Shown here one piece after another: positions 48,651 to 57,258 of a stretch of DNA of 64,000 nucleotides. A program made the position numbers and the translations under genes. A model generated the notes under the pieces. That model was not told the origin of the DNA and ran no database searches. It was given only the letters and a program-made list of their open reading frames with translations. The first letter of the stretch is position 1; the number at the start of each line of letters is the position of its first letter. The stretch lies in NCBI GenBank assembly GCA_041742355.1, contig JBGSIV010000157.1:35446-99445 (forward strand). Direction: 5' to 3'. Origin of the DNA: Candidatus Zixiibacteriota bacterium (GTDB lineage: Bacteria > Zixibacteria > MSB-5A5 > GN15 > FEB-12).

Positions 48651-48777
48651 AGAGTCCTTTCACACGATCCTATCCACGTCAGGTATAGGACAAAAGGGTC
48701 GTCGGGAAAAGCTAAAACCGTACCAATTCGGGGGAAAACTGGGGTGTTCCGGCTGCCGGGATCCCATCATGGAGAAT

Positions 48778-49167
48778 CTACCTTGAGAGACCAAGCCAGT
48801 CGCAGGTCATGAACTCCCCCTGATGGCCGTCGGGATCAAAGTAGTACAGCGAACGCTGTCCGCTCGGCCACTCGTACTCCCTGGGTTCCACGCCGAGATC
48901 GAGAAGCTTGCGGCGGAAGGTGTCGTAGTCGGCAGGGTCTATCTGGAAAGCGTAGTGGAGGTGGGCGGCCCCCTGGCCATCGTGTATCCCGAGCTTGCCC
49001 TGCATCCAGAGCCCGAACGCGGTGCCGTCGGGCATCACCAGCGCCAGCGCCTGACCATCGGGCCAGCGAATCACCTTCTCGTGCGGCAGCAGTTGCCGGT
49101 AGAAATCGTAAGCGCGATTGAGGTCGGCAACCTCGAGGTGCATTTCCAGCATGCGCACGCCGGACAC
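48778..49167 (-). CDS. VOC/glyoxalase family protein
   Basis: LEVADLNRAYDFY, HLHYAF, SLYYFDPDGHQGE. Confidence 0.88.
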   Translation of the reverse strand: MSGVRMLEMHLEVADLNRAYDFYRQLLPHEKVIRWPDGQALALVMPDGTAFGLWMQGKLGIHDGQGAAHLHYAFQIDPADYDTFRRKLLDLGVEPREYEWPSGQRSLYYFDPDGHQGEFMTCDWLGLSR

Positions 49168-49248
49168 AGGTATTCCTCCGGGAACGGGTCAACGAATGCT
49201 TTGGAAGCAAAGGCGAGGTGATCGGGCAGCAGGCGAACTCGAATGGCG

Positions 49249-49617
49249 TCAGTTCTGGATGTACTTGCCGAGGATCTGGTTCATCCGCGACGTCATCTGG
49301 GAATTAGGGTAGACCTCGGTTGCGCCGGCTGACTTGGCGGCCTGCATCTGGTCTTTGAGCACGTGCGGCGAGTAGCAGACAATGGGGATGCCCTTGGTGG
49401 CGCCGTACGAGCGAAGCTTGTTGATGAGCGCTGGAGCTTCGATCCCGTTGAGATTCAAATCGATGATGATCAAGTCGGGCTGGAGATCGTGAGCCTTGTT
49501 GAAGATGTCCTCCGAGCGGATCGCCTTGATGCCTTCGGCCTGAAGGGTATCAAGAGCGGTCATGATCTTGGAGGTAAAAATCATGTTGTTAGCGGCGATA
49601 ATGACTCTCTTACTCAC
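49249..49617 (-). CDS. Stand-alone atypical receiver-domain protein
   Basis: PDLIIIDLN, IPIVCYSPHV, AKSAGATEV. Confidence 0.8.
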   Translation of the reverse strand: MSKRVIIAANNMIFTSKIMTALDTLQAEGIKAIRSEDIFNKAHDLQPDLIIIDLNLNGIEAPALINKLRSYGATKGIPIVCYSPHVLKDQMQAAKSAGATEVYPNSQMTSRMNQILGKYIQN

Positions 49618-49880
49618 TGTTCAATCCATTGCTTAGGTTTTCATCCCTAACCCCGGGGAGGAGTCGTCCCGGGCACACCCCTGACAGAAGCCAATATAAT
49701 CAATCCCGTCAGGATTGCAACCCGAGGGGCGAAGAAATCTCCTAAACCGTTACTATTTAATAAAATTGCAGGTTTGCCGACATACGCTACAGGTGACATC
49801 GGTCACCAGCATACGCCCGAACCTGTTGGGTGACTCCTTTTTAGTTGCTTACTTATACAAGCGGCGCTAGCAAGAGGACT

Positions 49881-51296
49881 ATGAAGAACACCAAGATACT
49901 GGCAACCTACGGGCCATCGGTGGCCGACACCAACCTGGTCGAGAAGCTGGTCGAAAGCGGCGTTAACCTCTTTCGTATCAACTGCTCCCACGGCGGCAGC
50001 GGGGATTTTCAAGCGGCGGCCAAGCTGATTCGGACGGCGACCGCCCGGGCACGCTTTCCCGTCGGCCTCCTCTTCGACATCTCCGGCCCAAAGCTCCGGT
50101 TGGACCGGTTCGCCGGAGAGTGGCCCATCAGCGAGGGGACCGAACTGGTGCTGACCGCAGGGGAAACGGATCTGAAGCAGAGCCGGGTCGGGGTGAACCA
50201 TCCGGACGTAGTGACCTCCCTGCAACCGGGTAACCAGATATTCGTCGATGACGGCCAGTTCCTGTTCGACGTCCTCAGCCGCGACGCCGACGGGGCGCGG
50301 GTACGCTCGCGGACCAACGGGATGTTGCTCGGCGGTAAAGGGATCAACCTGCCGGGCGTCAAACTGCCGATTCCCACGATTACCGACAAAGACCGCGAAG
50401 ATATTGCGACTGCGGCCGCTTGCGGCGCGGACTTCATCGCGCTGTCGTTCGTGCGCTCCCCCGACGATGTCTGGGAGGCGCGGGAATTGGTGCAGGCAGC
50501 GGGCGGCACCCAGCGGGTGATCGCCAAACTGGAAAAGCGGGAGGCGATCGACCAGCTCGAGGCAATCATGGCGGCTGCGGACGGCGTCATGGTGGCGCGC
50601 GGTGACCTCGGGGTGGAGCTGCCGCCCGAGGAATTGCCCCGGCTGCAGCGCCACATCACCCGGATGGCCAACCGGCACCACAAACCGGTGATCGTGGCGA
50701 CCCAGATGCTCGAATCGATGCGGTTCAGTCCGCGGCCGACGCGTGCGGAGGTAAACGACGTGGCCTCGGCAGTTATGGATTACGTCGATGCCGTCATGCT
50801 CTCGGCCGAGACGGCGACCGGGAAGTTTCCCCTGGAGGCCGTGCGGATGATGACGCGGGTGATCGAGGCGACCGAGGCCGCGCTGCCCTCGCGGGAGACG
50901 GTGCGGGTCGAGCGGACGGTCACCGAGCGGATACCCCAGGCGATCGCCGATGCGGTGGGGTTTATCCAGGACAAGGGGACAGCTAAAGCAGTGGTGGCGT
51001 TCACCAGCTCCGGGTTTACGGCGGAGCTGATCTCAAACTTGTTTTCATCGCTGCCGATACTGGCGTTAACGTCGGATCCGGCGGTGATGCGGGCGCTGGC
51101 GCTCTTCCGGTCGGTATATCCGGTGCAGGCGGCACAGCCGGAGTCTTTCGAGCAGATTGAAGACGTGGTCGGCGCGGTAGCCTGCAAGTTCGCCGGGCTG
51201 AAAACGGGCGACACGGTGATTGTAACGGGCGGCGCGCCTTTCGGGCGGACAGTGCCGACCAACTTCATGATGATAACGACAGTCAAAGGCAAGTGA
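49881..51296 (+). CDS. pyk: Pyruvate kinase
   Basis: TKILATYGP, FRINCSHG, IAKLEK, MVARGDLGVE, ATQMLESM, MLSAETA. Confidence 0.97.
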   Translation: MKNTKILATYGPSVADTNLVEKLVESGVNLFRINCSHGGSGDFQAAAKLIRTATARARFPVGLLFDISGPKLRLDRFAGEWPISEGTELVLTAGETDLKQSRVGVNHPDVVTSLQPGNQIFVDDGQFLFDVLSRDADGARVRSRTNGMLLGGKGINLPGVKLPIPTITDKDREDIATAAACGADFIALSFVRSPDDVWEARELVQAAGGTQRVIAKLEKREAIDQLEAIMAAADGVMVARGDLGVELPPEELPRLQRHITRMANRHHKPVIVATQMLESMRFSPRPTRAEVNDVASAVMDYVDAVMLSAETATGKFPLEAVRMMTRVIEATEAALPSRETVRVERTVTERIPQAIADAVGFIQDKGTAKAVVAFTSSGFTAELISNLFSSLPILALTSDPAVMRALALFRSVYPVQAAQPESFEQIEDVVGAVACKFAGLKTGDTVIVTGGAPFGRTVPTNFMMITTVKGK

Positions 51297-51310
51297 GGAG
51301 TCGGAAAGAC

Positions 51311-52213
51311 ATGAGCATGGGATTCGGATACGGGCGCGCCCTGCGTTGGGCGGTAGTGGTGCTGGTGATGCTTGCGGGAGCGCAGGCGTGGGCGGGCGAC
51401 CGCAAGGAGATCTGCATCACGTTCGACGAAATGCCGGTGGCGGCGGGATTCGACACCGCGACCTCGGTCGAGGTGATGGTGCCGATCATGTATGTGCTCA
51501 AGGAGCACCATGTGAAGGCGGCCGGGTTTGTACTCGGGCAGAACCTGACCGGCTCGTATGACCTGCTCGGCGACTGGCTCAACGACGGCCACCGGCTGGG
51601 GAGCATGACCTACTCGCAGATGGATCTCAACGAAGCAGCCGAGATCAGTGTCGAGGCCTTCAAGGCGGATATCGTGGCAGGGCAGGAAGCGATCGAGGAG
51701 ATGCTCGAGGGATTCGGGCAGAACTCGCGCTACTTCCGGTACCCCTTCCTCCACTATGGCCCGACCCCGCAGTCGCAGCGGGCGGTGAAAAAGTTCCTCG
51801 AGGACAACAGCGTGATCGTGGCGCATGTGACCATTCTCGTCGACGATTATCTCTACAACCTCGGATTTTCGAAACTCGGACCGCAGCCGAGCGACGCGCA
51901 ACTCGAGGGGCTGATGAACGAGTATGTCAACCACGTGCTCGACCAGATCGAGGAGGCGGAGGACCTGGCCAAAGCGGTGGTGGGAAGGCCCGTGCGACAG
52001 ATACTCCAGTTGCGGGCCAACCGGCTCAACGCGACATTCCTCGATGTGATGCTGACCGAGATCCAGAAGATGGGATACGACTTTGTGACGCTTGACCGGG
52101 CGCTGGGGGATGAGGTCTATCGGAAGGCGCAGGCATACTACGGTACGAAAGGCGTGAGCTACCTTGAGATGATCGACCGGAGTGATCCGGACCTGCTCCC
52201 GGCGGGGGAGTAG
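51311..52213 (+). CDS. Exported polysaccharide deacetylase family protein
   Basis: ITFDEMP, YFRYPFL, GYDFVTLDRAL; metal-ligand motifs look degenerate. Confidence 0.8.
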   Translation: MSMGFGYGRALRWAVVVLVMLAGAQAWAGDRKEICITFDEMPVAAGFDTATSVEVMVPIMYVLKEHHVKAAGFVLGQNLTGSYDLLGDWLNDGHRLGSMTYSQMDLNEAAEISVEAFKADIVAGQEAIEEMLEGFGQNSRYFRYPFLHYGPTPQSQRAVKKFLEDNSVIVAHVTILVDDYLYNLGFSKLGPQPSDAQLEGLMNEYVNHVLDQIEEAEDLAKAVVGRPVRQILQLRANRLNATFLDVMLTEIQKMGYDFVTLDRALGDEVYRKAQAYYGTKGVSYLEMIDRSDPDLLPAGE

Positions 52214-52827
52214 TGAGGGTTGGGTTCGTTTGCGCAAGTTTCCGGATGGTTGTTCTTGTCCGTTGATCATGGTCGCTCTTTTCCTATTCACATCAGATTC
52301 CGTGCTTTACACATTCCTGTCGGGCTCCAATGAGCCTGACTACTCCCGGATCAATTGGGTTCGTTTGGTAGTCCCGGCGTACGGTAGACCTCAGCGTGAC
52401 TGGGGCCCGGCCTTCGCCGGGCTGACAGGAGAGCCGGGCTGACAGAAAAGAAGTCGGGCTGACAGCCAGTGGTCTCTGGCTGCACGGTAACACTGTCTCT
52501 CGTCTTGCGGACACGCTGGCTGCTGTTCGCCATGTCATGTGCTTCAGTTTCACGCTTTCCTCTGTTTTTCGCACACTCTGTTCTATACTTACTGTGGACC
52601 GACACTCGATCTCTGTCGGTTTGCTGTCGATTTTGCAGGCGATAGGGGAGCAGGGGATCTTTGATTATGACAGCATTCTTGGACAGTCGTTTTTTGAAAG
52701 AGAGGAATTCGACGCCGAGAGGTGAATTGCGATGTGGTGATGATCGGTGAAGGCGAGAGCCCGGAACGGGAATGCCCACGTCAAGCTGGGGGCGACCTGT
52801 TTCTATCATCCCCCGAATTGCGGCCCG

Positions 52828-52968
52828 ATTATGTGATTTCGGACGTTGCATCAAGTGCGTATCTTCACGGATGGTGGGGAGCGGGCCCGGCGCCCGCCGG
52901 GGCGGCGGTTGAATGCGACGGCTGCGGCGAAGGAGCGAGAATTCCATGGACGTACAGATCAGATCAAT
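52828..52968 (+). repeat. Diverged duplicate of the promoter, leader and first codons of the MBL hydrolase gene (other copy 56102-56240)
   Basis: Shared ATTATGTGATTTC...TCAAGT..GTATCTTC.CGGATGGTGG.GAGCGGGC...ATGG..GTACA.ATCA.ATC.ATC. Confidence 0.8.
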
Positions 52969-53827
52969 CGGAGGGACGCCCTCTGTGAAGGGCTTGTTGA
53001 ATAACCCCGAGCGCGGCTGTTGGCAGTCATTGCGAGGAGCGAAGCGACGAAGCAATCTCTCATCGGACCAGCGGCTTGGCCGGAGGAGAGATTGCTTCGC
53101 TGCGCTCGCAATGACTATTCAGGGACTTTTTCAACACTCCCTAAATGGTGGGCCACCCTCGTGCAGATGGTGGCTCTTTGCCTCCCTCGTAATCATCCTC
53201 CTCCTCTGCTCCTGCAACGGGCCGCACCGGACAGTCGTACAATCGGTCTGTTTCGGCGACCACTGCTTCCAGGTGATTGACTACTGCTACCCCGGCAACG
53301 AACCCGACCGCTGCGGCACAGAGGTCTACCGTGTCGACGACACGGGCGCCACAGCCTTTGAGGACGGCGACTTGCTGTTCCGACACCACCTGATCCGCCT
53401 GTGGCCGCTGACCACGCTGACCGACTCGCTCCTGAGAATCCCGATTGTCTACGCCGACTGGCCCGATCCGGAGATTATCGTGCCGATTAATCTGGCACAC
53501 CAGACGATCGATTCGGTGCTGACGCCGGATCGATCACGGGTGTTGTGGTCGATGACACAGGGGAGGTTCGCGGTGAGCACGCACCCGATGGATAGCACTC
53601 ATCGGACAGACACCGTGGGCGACGGGGTAGCGCTGTATATCAGCGATATCAACGAAGCGTTTCACCACCGGACCGTGCTGTTCCCGGGAGCCGAATCGGT
53701 GATGATGAGGTTCGAGGATGAATACACGCTGATTGTCTCGGCGCGGTGGGCGGAGTTGCCGAAAAGTGTCTTCCGATTTCGGATCGCGCTGTGGCGGGTT
53801 GAGCCTGGGGAGATGCGGTTGTACTAG
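52946..53827 (+). CDS. Hypothetical lipoprotein-like protein; ORF reads through a palindromic element, true start uncertain
   Basis: Open frame from ATG 52946; internal RWWLFASLVIILLLCSC signal/lipobox-like segment followed by about 210 aa. Confidence 0.55.
   Translation: MDVQIRSIGGTPSVKGLLNNPERGCWQSLRGAKRRSNLSSDQRLGRRRDCFAALAMTIQGLFQHSLNGGPPSCRWWLFASLVIILLLCSCNGPHRTVVQSVCFGDHCFQVIDYCYPGNEPDRCGTEVYRVDDTGATAFEDGDLLFRHHLIRLWPLTTLTDSLLRIPIVYADWPDPEIIVPINLAHQTIDSVLTPDRSRVLWSMTQGRFAVSTHPMDSTHRTDTVGDGVALYISDINEAFHHRTVLFPGAESVMMRFEDEYTLIVSARWAELPKSVFRFRIALWRVEPGEMRLY
52989..53142. mobile_element. MITE-like element: terminal inverted repeats enclosing an RPE/REP-like palindrome (copy 1)
   Basis: AGGGCTTGTTGAATAA...TTTTTCAACACTCCCT ends; core GTCATTGCGAGGAGCGAAGCGACGAAGCAATCTC...GAGATTGCTTCGCTGCGCTCGCAATGAC. 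Confidence 0.7.
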
Positions 53828-53895
53828 GGAGAGGGAGCGGGAAGTCAAATCCGTATCGAGACGAGATCAGGGCGGGCGGATCCGGGGATCCCACC

Positions 53896-54057
53896 GCTTG
53901 GGGACTGTTGAAAAACCCGGAAAGCAGTCATTGCGAGCGCAGCGAAGCATTCTCTCCCCTGTCCAAGGCTCGGGCATCAAGAGAGATTGCTTCGTCGCTT
54001 CGCTCCTCGCAATGACTGCCGGTAGTCGTACCCGGGGTTCTTCAACAGGCCCCAAGC
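53896..54057. mobile_element. MITE-like element (copy 2, inverted relative to copy 1)
   Basis: GCTTGGGGACTGTTGAAAAACCCGG...CCGGGGTTCTTCAACAGGCCCCAAGC ends; core arms are reverse complements of the copy-1 arms. Confidence 0.7.
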
Positions 54058-54099
54058 TACGGGGTGCTCTTATTCGAGACTCCCGGGACGCCGCCCCCT

Positions 54100-55944
54100 T
54101 CAGCGCTCATCTCCTCGCGAGTAGAAAATCAGGGCGGAGTAGTAGGAGTTCACCACGACAGTGTCTTCCTGCCGTGCGAAATGCCCTTCAATCATCACGA
54201 TTTTCATCCTGGCGTCGGCGGTTTCAAATTCAGACGTCGCGTCGTCGCCGGATAACGGCCGACCGCCGGTCGCATCGTGCGCCGTGACTATCCGGTCGAT
54301 CAGGGGGCGCAGCGGAATCGTTATCGAGGGGTTCGCTTCTGAGGAGGAGCGCGTGCTGTCATCGCTGTCGTCGGTGAATCTCAGGATCACCGAATCGGCC
54401 AGGGAGATAACTTCGGTGGTGGATGGAGTTTTGCCCGGGTCGGCCTTGGCGGCGGCGCCATTGTATTCGGCCCGCACCAGGTGATCGTATCCGGCGGTCG
54501 CGATCGGAGTCTGGAGATTGACGGAGACGACAAAATATCTTTCCCGCTCCGGTCTCCAATAGGGATTAAACTCGATCCCCATGAGGTCCGCGATCTCGTT
54601 CGGGCTCTTGAATCGGCTCCCGGCGTCGGCCGAGTCGGCACGGAGGTTCTCGGCAAACCACGGCTCGATTGCGGAGAAGCCATGGACCTCGTGCAGGTAA
54701 GAAAGGATGCCGCTGATCCGGGCCTGGTCATCGGTGGATATCGGCGAGGGGGCCTTCTGGATCCTGCCCTCCACCAGAATCGAGTTCGTTTCGAGTGTCG
54801 CCTTTAACCGCTCTACCTGATTCCGCTCAGAAACCGAGAACATTCCCCAGGGACCCACTGAAATCAGCAGGACAAGAACGCAGAGGGAGGCCGGGATCAT
54901 CTTGATGCTCTTCGAGCGGCTTAGTAGGAAATATCCGGCGATGAAAGCTAGCCAGACGCATAGAGCCACGCCCAGGTATCGGCTCTCGGTGAGGCCGTAC
55001 TCGGAGATGCGCCGCCAGAGAGCCAGGAACAACACTGCGATCAGGGGGAGGAGAATCAGGTAATACCAGCGCGAGGCTTTTTGCAGCCAAAGCGTCTCCC
55101 TCTTCTCGCGCAAGGGATTGAGCACGAACAGGGCCAGGATACCGGTGGCGGAAAACCCGAGGATGAGGCGACCGACCCATCCCTGGGGCCAGTTCCAGGT
55201 GATAACGATTTTGGCGATGTAGGCGTAGAGGATCACGAAGTAGACCACCACGAGGGGGGGGAGAACATACTGCCCGAAGATCCTCAGCGACCGGGGATAA
55301 TCAGCCGCTTGATCGAGATTATTCAAGTCCTCGGGAATACCGGAAAGGACAAACGGGACGGCAAAGAGCCCGAGGATGAGGACCCAGAGTTCGGGGTATC
55401 GCTTGGTCGGGATATCCATGCCGAAGAGATTATCGAGGGCCGCCAACGCCAACCCCAGGCCCGCGAAAAGAACCACGGCAAACGCACCCGCAATGATCGT
55501 GCGGAAGATAAGAGCACGATTGTACTCCCAGAAGCCGTGGGCATGTCCCTGACGTCGGAACGGGAGATAGGAAAGAGCAAGGAGGGCGGCGACGGCAAAA
55601 GCCAGAAATCGGAAGAGGTGGACGACCGGAGCGCGAGGCAAATCGGTCGGCACGGTGAAGGCATAGGCCACGATCAAAACCACGCCGATTGCCTGCCAGC
55701 CCCACCGACGCCCAGAGCCGGAGACTTCGCTTTCGGCCGTCAGTTTCAGGGCGGTCATCAGGGGAAGCGATACGATCCCTGACAGCAGAATGCTGAAGAG
55801 GATTGACGGTTGGTCGGGCCCCTCGTGTTCGATCAGGGTGATGGCGACGGTAGTGACGACCAGCGCGCCGAGCACTGTCATTGGAAATCGGAGGAAAGTC
55901 CGGTGAAGATCCGCCCAAATCTGGCTGATTGATGGTAGCTTCAT
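54100..55944 (-). CDS. DUF4153-like multi-pass membrane protein
   Basis: About 12 hydrophobic segments; PLVVVYFVILYAY, RISEYGLTESRY, GPWGMFSVSERNQ. Confidence 0.8.
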   Translation of the reverse strand: MKLPSISQIWADLHRTFLRFPMTVLGALVVTTVAITLIEHEGPDQPSILFSILLSGIVSLPLMTALKLTAESEVSGSGRRWGWQAIGVVLIVAYAFTVPTDLPRAPVVHLFRFLAFAVAALLALSYLPFRRQGHAHGFWEYNRALIFRTIIAGAFAVVLFAGLGLALAALDNLFGMDIPTKRYPELWVLILGLFAVPFVLSGIPEDLNNLDQAADYPRSLRIFGQYVLPPLVVVYFVILYAYIAKIVITWNWPQGWVGRLILGFSATGILALFVLNPLREKRETLWLQKASRWYYLILLPLIAVLFLALWRRISEYGLTESRYLGVALCVWLAFIAGYFLLSRSKSIKMIPASLCVLVLLISVGPWGMFSVSERNQVERLKATLETNSILVEGRIQKAPSPISTDDQARISGILSYLHEVHGFSAIEPWFAENLRADSADAGSRFKSPNEIADLMGIEFNPYWRPERERYFVVSVNLQTPIATAGYDHLVRAEYNGAAAKADPGKTPSTTEVISLADSVILRFTDDSDDSTRSSSEANPSITIPLRPLIDRIVTAHDATGGRPLSGDDATSEFETADARMKIVMIEGHFARQEDTVVVNSYYSALIFYSRGDER

Positions 55945-56216
55945 ATCGTATCCTGCTGGAAAGGATTCATTCAGCCCAAACCTCGCGGGATTTGCACCTG
56001 CAGGCAACTAAATACTCATGAAACCTCAGGGGGATTCGCACGGCAGCCCCGGGGCTGCCCGGCGGTCTGGTTGTATTCTGTGTGGCCCCTACCGTGGGCG
56101 CATTATGTGATTTCAAGGTTTGTCTCAAGTCTGTATCTTCCCGGATGGTGGTGAGCGGGCGGCGCGGCCCGAACAGCGACTGAACTCGACCGGTGCGGAA
56201 AAGTACAAAGAAGGCT

Positions 56217-57011
56217 ATGGCAGTACATATCAAATCGATCTGGTCCGGCAGCAGCGGGAACTGCCTCGCGCTCTGGACCGACCACACCCGCATTCTCATC
56301 GACTGCGGATTCTCCAGCATGCGCACGATGGAACTGGTCCTCAAAGCGGCCGGGATCGACCTGACCGAAGTCGACATGGTGCTGGTGTCGCACGCCCACA
56401 GCGACCACATCAACTGGCTGTCGATGCGCGTGCTCGAGAGATACGGGGTGACAGTGCGGTGCCATGAGTCGATTCTCAAGCAGATCTGCGGGAGACACTG
56501 GCGGCGGGATCCGGATGAGATGGCCATGGGGACATTCTGCAACCGTCGCTTCACGATCAACGACCTCTCGATCAAGGCGGTGCAGGTGCCACACGCCCCC
56601 TCGTTCCCGACTTTCGGGTTTGTGATCGAGGTCGACGGCAAGCGGCCGACAAAGATCGTGGCCGCGACCGATTTCAACAATCCGATGACACTGTTTCCAC
56701 ACTGTGTCGACGCCGATGTGCTGTTTATCGAGGCGAACCACGATCCGGAGCTGCTGCGGCTGTTCCCGAACCACAACTCAAAGTATCATATGCGCAACGA
56801 GACGACGGCGGAGTTGCTGTTCGCGGCATGCGCGGAAAGCCGGTGCCACCCGAAACATGTCCTGCTGGGGCATTTGAGCAAGCAGCGCAACCGGGCGGAG
56901 CTGGCGGTAGCGGCGGTTGGGGATTATTTCCGTCGGCACAAGGAGACAATGGGCTTTGGGTTGTCGGCGGCGCCGAGGTTCGAGGAGTCGGGGACGGTAG
57001 TGGTGAAGTAG
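56217..57011 (+). CDS. MBL-fold metallo-hydrolase (YycJ/WalJ-like)
   Basis: SGSSGNC, LIDCG, SHAHSDH, IEANHD, HMRNE, LGHLSKQRN. Confidence 0.9.
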   Translation: MAVHIKSIWSGSSGNCLALWTDHTRILIDCGFSSMRTMELVLKAAGIDLTEVDMVLVSHAHSDHINWLSMRVLERYGVTVRCHESILKQICGRHWRRDPDEMAMGTFCNRRFTINDLSIKAVQVPHAPSFPTFGFVIEVDGKRPTKIVAATDFNNPMTLFPHCVDADVLFIEANHDPELLRLFPNHNSKYHMRNETTAELLFAACAESRCHPKHVLLGHLSKQRNRAELAVAAVGDYFRRHKETMGFGLSAAPRFEESGTVVVK

Positions 57012-57180
57012 GGGGAGCTGGGGTGGCCGATCCGGTGCGTTTCGTGCAGCGCAGTGTCGGGACCCCAGGAGCGTGAACGGCCTACAACGAGACTGCTTCG
57101 GCGCGTCGCGTCTCACAGTGATTATCTCCGGGCAGGGGCGCCGAGCAAGTCATACGCGCAAAGCCGTGCTCGATCTCATG

Positions 57181-57210
57181 GTAGGTCAAGCACCGGTCTC
57201 GGTGCTTGAC
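57181..57210 (+). repeat. GTAG-type REP-like hairpin
   Basis: GTAG followed by GTCAAGCACCG-GTCT-CGGTGCTTGAC, a perfect 11-bp stem. Confidence 0.55.
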
Positions 57211-57258
57211 GTGGTCAATAGCCATCGATTCCGTCAAATACGCAAAGCCGTGTTTGAC

